A DNA stretch of 22,496 nt from a candidate division WOR-3 bacterium (GTDB taxonomy: Bacteria > Hydrothermota > Hydrothermia > Hydrothermales > Hydrothermaceae): the NCBI GenBank assembly GCA_039803745.1, contig JBDRZD010000032.1:1-22496 (forward strand). The letters are read 5' to 3'. How positions within the stretch are numbered: the first letter of the stretch is position 1; every line of letters begins with the position of its first letter. A program made the translations under genes and the position numbers. The notes under the pieces were generated by a model. The model made no database searches. It saw only the letters and a list, made by a program, of their open reading frames with translations, and was not told where the DNA came from. Below are positions 17,535-22,496 of this stretch, in pieces.

Positions 17535-18652
17535 TGCCAATTCAGGGAAATTTAAAGGAACTTTCAATTGCTGACTTCCTTCAACTTCTATACATGAACA
17601 AAAAATCTGGAATAGTGGAAATACAGGGGGATGGCGAACATTTTAAAATATTTCTTAGAAATGGAAATATTAAATTTATAGAAGATTTAAACAGAAATCT
17701 TTTGATAAGTGAAATAAAAAAAACAGGGATTCTAAACCCTCAAATAGAAAAAATTCTTGATTCCATTGAAAAGGAAGAAAAGGTTCTTGAAATAATTTTG
17801 AAAGAAAATTTAAACAAAGAAATACTTAAAAAGTTAATAATGAAACTTGCTCTGGATAGAATGTTTTATATTTTACAACTCAAAGAGGGAAATTTTACAT
17901 TTACTGAAATAGAAGAACAAAAAATCCTTGAAACAGATTTAGAGTTTTCCACCCAGGACTTCATTCTTGAAAGTTCAAGAAAAATAGATGAATGGTCTGA
18001 AATCACAAAGAAAATACCTGATTTTTCCTTTGTTCCTTCACTTTCAGATGAGTGGCTAAAAAGGGAAAATGAAACTTTGAGTCTTGATGCCCTCGAATGG
18101 AAAATCCTTTCATTAATTGATGGAAATAGAAATATTTCAGAAATAATTTCCCTCTCAAAAGAAAGCGCTTTAAAAGTGGCAAGAAAGATATGCGATCTTA
18201 TTGAAAGGGGAATTTTAAAGATAAAAGAAGTGAAAAAATTTGAAGAAGAAGTAAAGAAAAAGAAAGCACAGGAATTTTTCATAAAAGCAAGGGAATTTGC
18301 TAAAAATGGACAGTATTTAGAAGCAGAAACCTTTCTTTTAAGAGCACTCTCTTTGAATCCTGATTTTCTTATGGCACATCTTGCTTTAGGAGATATCTAT
18401 TATATCCAGAAAAAGTATAGACTTGCTGCTCAAGAGTATTATGAAGTAATGAAAAGAGACCCGGATAATCCTCTTAGTTATTATGGACTTGCATTTGTTA
18501 GAATAAAACTTGGAGATATACTCGGAGCAATCCAGATAATAGAAAAAGGTTTAAAAAATGCTACAGGAAAGATGAAAGAGGAAATGGAAAATATGATTTC
18601 GATTTTAAGAAAACTGGTTCTTATGACTGATACAAAAAGGAGTATATTCTGA
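17534..18652 (+). CDS. DUF4388 (PATAN-like) + winged-helix-like + TPR protein
   Basis: N-terminal IQGNLKELSIADFLQLLYMNKKSGIVEI...FLRNGNI, EGNFTF and SRKIDEW. Then LDALEWKILSLIDGNRNISEI (wHTH-like) and three TPRs. Confidence 0.88.
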   Translation: MPIQGNLKELSIADFLQLLYMNKKSGIVEIQGDGEHFKIFLRNGNIKFIEDLNRNLLISEIKKTGILNPQIEKILDSIEKEEKVLEIILKENLNKEILKKLIMKLALDRMFYILQLKEGNFTFTEIEEQKILETDLEFSTQDFILESSRKIDEWSEITKKIPDFSFVPSLSDEWLKRENETLSLDALEWKILSLIDGNRNISEIISLSKESALKVARKICDLIERGILKIKEVKKFEEEVKKKKAQEFFIKAREFAKNGQYLEAETFLLRALSLNPDFLMAHLALGDIYYIQKKYRLAAQEYYEVMKRDPDNPLSYYGLAFVRIKLGDILGAIQIIEKGLKNATGKMKEEMENMISILRKLVLMTDTKRSIF

Positions 18653-19170
18653 TGGAAGAAAAACTCGTTTATGATCCAAAATCCACTTTAATTTTAGACC
18701 TTGTTGAAGAATACATAAATCATTATCTCTATGAAGAAGCCGAAACACTATTGAAAGATTATTTAAAGGATGCACCTCTAAGTAAAAGAGCAATTGAACT
18801 CTGGATGAAAATTGCAGAAGGAAAAGGGGAAATTGAGAAATACAAAAAACTTAAAGAGAAGTTTGAAAAATTAGAAAAAATATATCTTGAAGAAAAAATA
18901 AAAATAAAGGAAAAGGAATTCTTGAAAGAGAGAAAAGAGGTGGAAGAGATAAGAGAGATACAGGAATTCCCTCTCAAGGAGATGGAAGAGTTATTTGAGA
19001 GTTTCTTAAAGGGACTAAAACTCGGGAAAGCAAAAAAAATAATAATAGAGGATAAAAATATTTTTCTATACATTAAAAAGAACGGAAAATGGACAGAAAT
19101 AAAATTCAAAGAAAGCACAAAATTTCCAGAAGCAACATGGATAATGAAAAGTCTTGAAAAAATAAAATGA
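18652..19170 (+). CDS. Hypothetical protein: TPR-like N-terminus, charged linker, degenerate roadblock-like C-terminus
   Basis: LVEEYINHYLYEEAETLLKDYLKDAP is TPR-like. GLKLGKAKKIIIEDKNIFLY resembles the LGxxxxhhhE strand of roadblock/LC7. Coupled by TGATG and ATGA overlaps. Confidence 0.55.
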   Translation: MEEKLVYDPKSTLILDLVEEYINHYLYEEAETLLKDYLKDAPLSKRAIELWMKIAEGKGEIEKYKKLKEKFEKLEKIYLEEKIKIKEKEFLKERKEVEEIREIQEFPLKEMEELFESFLKGLKLGKAKKIIIEDKNIFLYIKKNGKWTEIKFKESTKFPEATWIMKSLEKIK

Positions 19171-19475
19171 ACAAATTTAGTGAGATTGAAAAAATAATTA
19201 AAATCCCTGGGATAAGGGGAGTTTATATTTTTGATGAAAAGGGGAAAGAAATTTACAGAGAATCAACATTTTCAAAAGATAAAGAATATTATAAAGAATT
19301 TATTGACTTTATTATAAAAAATAAGGAAAAACTACCAAAAATTTTTTACATATTTACAGAAACACACCTTATAATTATTGCTCATAATGAAAAAATTTTT
19401 TTATCAATATCTTTTAAGGAAATAAATCTGGGACTCTTAAGAATCCATATGAAAAAATTTTTAAATATTGACTGA
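19167..19475 (+). CDS. Roadblock/LC7 (MglB/MglC-like) protein
   Basis: IIKIPGIRGVYIFDEKGKEI at the N-terminus and EINLGLLRIHMKK at the C-terminus are typical roadblock signatures. 102 aa. Confidence 0.72.
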   Translation: MNKFSEIEKIIKIPGIRGVYIFDEKGKEIYRESTFSKDKEYYKEFIDFIIKNKEKLPKIFYIFTETHLIIIAHNEKIFLSISFKEINLGLLRIHMKKFLNID

Positions 19476-20531
19476 AAAAATAATATTATTCTCTTCCACT
19501 TTAAAATCAAAATCTAAAAATTTTTTTGCAACAAAAACTGCTGTTTTAAAATGTTCTGTTTCTTTATCAATTATTATTTTACCTCCTGCAAGCGAAAGCC
19601 ATAAAACAAGATTGTCAGATAAATGATAATCAACAGAATTTTTCAAAATCATATCTAAAAAATCATTAACACAAATTTCTGCAAGATTTTCTGCTGGTAC
19701 ACCCTTTTTACATAAGATATCATTTCCTATCAATCCATTATTTTCAAGTTCTGCCCATACTGTAAAACTGCAACCGGGTGAAAGAGAATCTTCATAGGAA
19801 TATTTAAAGTGAAAATCCCTATAACCTCTACTAATTAAAATATTTTCTGCTTTTTCCTTTATCCTTTCACAAACTTTTTTTTCTTTAAGAGAAATTGAAG
19901 AAGAAATTTTACCGTTTATTTTTAATATTCTTCCTTTTTCAAAATTTAAGTTTAAATTTTCTTTTAAAAATTTTCTAAACTCGTTTAAATTTTTAAAATC
20001 ATATAAAGAATTTTTCCCTTTTAAATATATCTTCACCTCACCACCACCTTTTGGATAATAACCCCTTCTCAAAATTTTTATATCAATATCCTTTATAATT
20101 TTTGAAACAACCTTTAATATAACATTCTCAAAATAGTCAAAAGTCATTGCTCCAGGAACATCTGTTCCACCCTTTAAATGAAGAAAAACAGGATTCTTTG
20201 AAAAAATACTAACAGGTAAAATTGTTTGAAGAAAAAGAGGGATACTTCCAGCAGTTTGAAAATCAAGAAAAACTTTACCTCCTAAAATTTCCCCTGGTTT
20301 AAATTCAACTTCAAGGGAGCCAAGAAAATCACCTTTTACCTCTGAATTTGTTATCATTTTCAAAGCCTTTAAAATATTCAAATGTTGTGCTTTTAGTCCT
20401 GGATTTGGTCTTCCCTTTCTTATATTGAAAATTCTAAAGAGCTCTTTTTTAAAAAGAGAATAAACAAGGGCATACCTTAAAATTTGTCCTCCACCTTCAC
20501 CAAAAGAGCCGTCTATCTCTACCATAATCAA
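19461..20531 (-). CDS. rtcA: RNA 3'-terminal phosphate cyclase
   Basis: IDGSFGEGGGQILR, IRKGRPNPGLKAQH, TAGSIPL, GGTDVP, RRGYYPKGGG and the adenylated-His motif VDYHLSD. Start is TTG 20531 (GAGGA 7 nt upstream) or ATG 20525. Confidence 0.95.
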   Translation of the reverse strand: MIMVEIDGSFGEGGGQILRYALVYSLFKKELFRIFNIRKGRPNPGLKAQHLNILKALKMITNSEVKGDFLGSLEVEFKPGEILGGKVFLDFQTAGSIPLFLQTILPVSIFSKNPVFLHLKGGTDVPGAMTFDYFENVILKVVSKIIKDIDIKILRRGYYPKGGGEVKIYLKGKNSLYDFKNLNEFRKFLKENLNLNFEKGRILKINGKISSSISLKEKKVCERIKEKAENILISRGYRDFHFKYSYEDSLSPGCSFTVWAELENNGLIGNDILCKKGVPAENLAEICVNDFLDMILKNSVDYHLSDNLVLWLSLAGGKIIIDKETEHFKTAVFVAKKFLDFDFKVEENNIIFSVNI

Positions 20532-21432
20532 AGGGTATTCCTCTTTTAAAACCTAATTTTTTTGCATATTCAACAACTTCTTTATATTCCTCATAAGTAA
20601 TCCTTCTTGAAAGTTCTTTAAAGGAATAGGCTTTATAGCATGGTCTATATTGATCCATTATATTTATAAAAGAATTTATTGAAATTTCCTTTGCAATAAA
20701 ATCAAGAACCTTAAAAGAACCAGCAAGTCTATTTGGCAATACAAGATGCCTTATCAAAAGTCCCCTTTTTGCAATCCCGTTTTCTATTACAAGATCACCA
20801 ACCTGCCTGTGCATCTCCTTTAAAACTTTTTTTGATACTTCAAAATAATTTTTTATATCTGAATATTTTCTGGCAACCTCTGAATCAGAATATTTTGCAT
20901 CAGGCATATAAATATCAACAATTCCATCAAGTAATTTCAAAATTAAAAGGGAATCATAGCCACCTGAATTATAAACAATTGGAATTCTTAAACCCTTTGG
21001 AATTGCAATTAATAGTGCTTCAAGGATCTGAGGAACAACATGGGTTGGACTTACTAAGTTTAAATTGTGGCATCCCATCCTCTGGACTTCTAAAAAAATT
21101 TCTGCAAGTGTAAAAGGGTCAATTTCTTTACCTTCCACAAGTTGGCTTATTTCATAATTCTGGCAGAAAATACAATGGAGGTTGCAACCTGAAAAAAATA
21201 CAGTTCCACTTCCATACCTTCCAACAAGCACCTCTTCCTCTCCATAATGGGGACCAAAAGAAGAAACAATCGCAAATCTCCCTGTTTTACATTCACCTCT
21301 TTCATCCTCATACCTATTTACCTTACAACCTCTTGGACATATAATACATTTTTTAAGATAATCAAGGGCTTTATTCACCCTTTTTTCCAATTCACCCTTT
21401 TTATAAATTTCAATATAAGAAGGATACATCAT
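20497..21432 (-). CDS. Radical SAM protein, PflX-like (function unknown)
   Basis: CNLHCIFCQN (CxxxCxxC), N-terminal CIICPRGC, HYGEE, GSGTVFFSGC, NLVSPTH, DIYMPDAKY, RHLVLP and MDQYRP. Confidence 0.9.
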   Translation of the reverse strand: MMYPSYIEIYKKGELEKRVNKALDYLKKCIICPRGCKVNRYEDERGECKTGRFAIVSSFGPHYGEEEVLVGRYGSGTVFFSGCNLHCIFCQNYEISQLVEGKEIDPFTLAEIFLEVQRMGCHNLNLVSPTHVVPQILEALLIAIPKGLRIPIVYNSGGYDSLLILKLLDGIVDIYMPDAKYSDSEVARKYSDIKNYFEVSKKVLKEMHRQVGDLVIENGIAKRGLLIRHLVLPNRLAGSFKVLDFIAKEISINSFINIMDQYRPCYKAYSFKELSRRITYEEYKEVVEYAKKLGFKRGIPFDYGRDRRLFW

Positions 21433-22496
21433 TCTTCCACTTTGTATTTCTCAAAAAATTTTCTTTCATATTCTTCAAGTGTTCCTTCTTTTATAGCCTC
21501 CCTAATATTTTTCATCAACTTTGAATAAAAGGATAAAGAATGATAAGTTGAAAGGTAAAGGGCGAGATATTCTTCTGCAGAGAAGAGGTGTCTTATATAA
21601 GCCCTTGAAAAATTTTTACAAACATAACAGTTGCAATCAGGGTCCAAAGGCAAAGGATCTTCTGCATATTTTGCATTCCTTATTCTTATTTTTCCATAAG
21701 AAGTGAAAATAAGACCTGTTCTTGCATTTCTTGTAGGAAGAACTGAATCAAATATATCTATCCCATTTTTAACTGCAAAAAATATATCTTCAGGATAACC
21801 AACTCCCATAAGGTATCTTGGTTTTTCCTCTGGATAATAACTTATAATATCAGAAATAATTTTCTCTCTTTCTTCTTTTGGCTCACCGACAGCAAGCCCA
21901 CCTATACAGTATCCATCAAAATCATATTCCTTTAATTTTTCAATCCCTTTTATCCTCAAATCTAAATATGTGCTACCCTGCCCTATTCCAAAAATTAATG
22001 GTCTTATCTTTTTATCTTTAAATTCCCTATCAAAAAACTCCTTTGATTTAAAAGCCCATTTAATTGTTAAATCAAGTGATTCCTTTGCATATTCATAAGT
22101 AACAGGATAAGGCGGGCATTCATCAAGTGTCATCATAACATCTGTTCCTAAATCTATCTGGATTTCTATAACCTTTTCAGGTGTGAAAAATATTTTTCTT
22201 CCATCTATATGAGATTTAAATTCAATACCCTCCTCCTTTATTTTCTTTAAATCAGAAAGAGAATAAACTTGAAAACCACCTGAATCTGTAAATATCACTC
22301 CTTTAAAATTCATAAACTTATGAATCCCCCCAATTTTTTTAATTATTTTCTCCCCTGGTCTTAAATGAAGATGATAGGCATTTGTTATTATTCCTTTAAT
22401 ACCTATTTTCTTTAAAATATCAGGAGGCATTGTTTTAACAGTCCCTTGCGATGCAACAGGAAGAAAAGTTGGTGTTTCAATATTTCCTGATTTTGT
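21429..22496 (-). CDS. tgt: Queuine tRNA-ribosyltransferase (bacterial Tgt), 5' partial
   Basis: The frame stays open to the window edge (TKSGNIETPTFLPVASQGTVKTM...). Motifs NAYHL, DSGGFQ, LDEC, GGLAVGE, YLMGVG, DIFDSVLPTR and Zn site CNCYVC...H. The Cys (DEC) and Val (AVGE) fit a preQ1-inserting enzyme. Confidence 0.96.
   Translation of the reverse strand, partial: TKSGNIETPTFLPVASQGTVKTMPPDILKKIGIKGIITNAYHLHLRPGEKIIKKIGGIHKFMNFKGVIFTDSGGFQVYSLSDLKKIKEEGIEFKSHIDGRKIFFTPEKVIEIQIDLGTDVMMTLDECPPYPVTYEYAKESLDLTIKWAFKSKEFFDREFKDKKIRPLIFGIGQGSTYLDLRIKGIEKLKEYDFDGYCIGGLAVGEPKEEREKIISDIISYYPEEKPRYLMGVGYPEDIFFAVKNGIDIFDSVLPTRNARTGLIFTSYGKIRIRNAKYAEDPLPLDPDCNCYVCKNFSRAYIRHLFSAEEYLALYLSTYHSLSFYSKLMKNIREAIKEGTLEEYERKFFEKYKVEE

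Noticed and set aside
1565..21706. Small antisense or alternate-frame ORFs in the track (e.g. 1565-1900, 7403-7894, 17866-18282, 18759-19118, 20733-21113)
   Set aside because: All lie inside well-supported genes, show the F/S/L/I-rich composition expected from the reverse of K/E-rich codons, and have no recognisable motifs.
22428..22430. ATG 22430 as the tgt start
   Set aside because: The conserved ETPxFxPV...GTVK segment lies upstream in frame and the gene runs off the window edge.
1..22496. CRISPR arrays, tRNA/rRNA genes, IS elements or integrases
   Set aside because: No intergenic gap exceeds about 55 bp, and no periodic repeats, GC-rich structured segments or transposase/integrase motifs were seen.

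Overview
This is an AT-rich, densely coded bacterial window whose proteins are very Lys/Glu/Ile-rich, which suggests a thermophile; the taxon cannot be fixed from sequence alone. Left end: a partial TPR protein on the + strand, then on the minus strand a GT-C-type membrane glycosyltransferase, DUF721/DciA, gyrB and a GT2 glycosyltransferase. Right end, minus strand: tgt (partial), a PflX-like radical SAM protein and rtcA. The centre (5596-19475, +) is an 11-gene signalling cluster. It encodes a zinc-ribbon class III cyclase, a HEAT-repeat protein, a zinc-ribbon cyclase-STAND-TPR protein, cheW-cheY-cheA-cheC (no MCP, CheR or CheB), a large TPR protein, a DUF4388-wHTH-TPR protein and two roadblock/LC7-like proteins. 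Main finding: the two cyclase domains are reciprocally degenerate. One keeps only the metal-binding Asp pair; the other keeps only the Lys/Thr purine-specificity and Asn/Arg transition-state residues. Together they look like a two-gene, obligate heterodimeric adenylyl cyclase (a split C1 + C2-STAND-TPR, soluble-AC-like layout) next to a locally receptor-less chemosensory and roadblock module. Also, all four visible promoters sit 6-11 nt from an SD-less ATG, implying leaderless or near-leaderless mRNAs.
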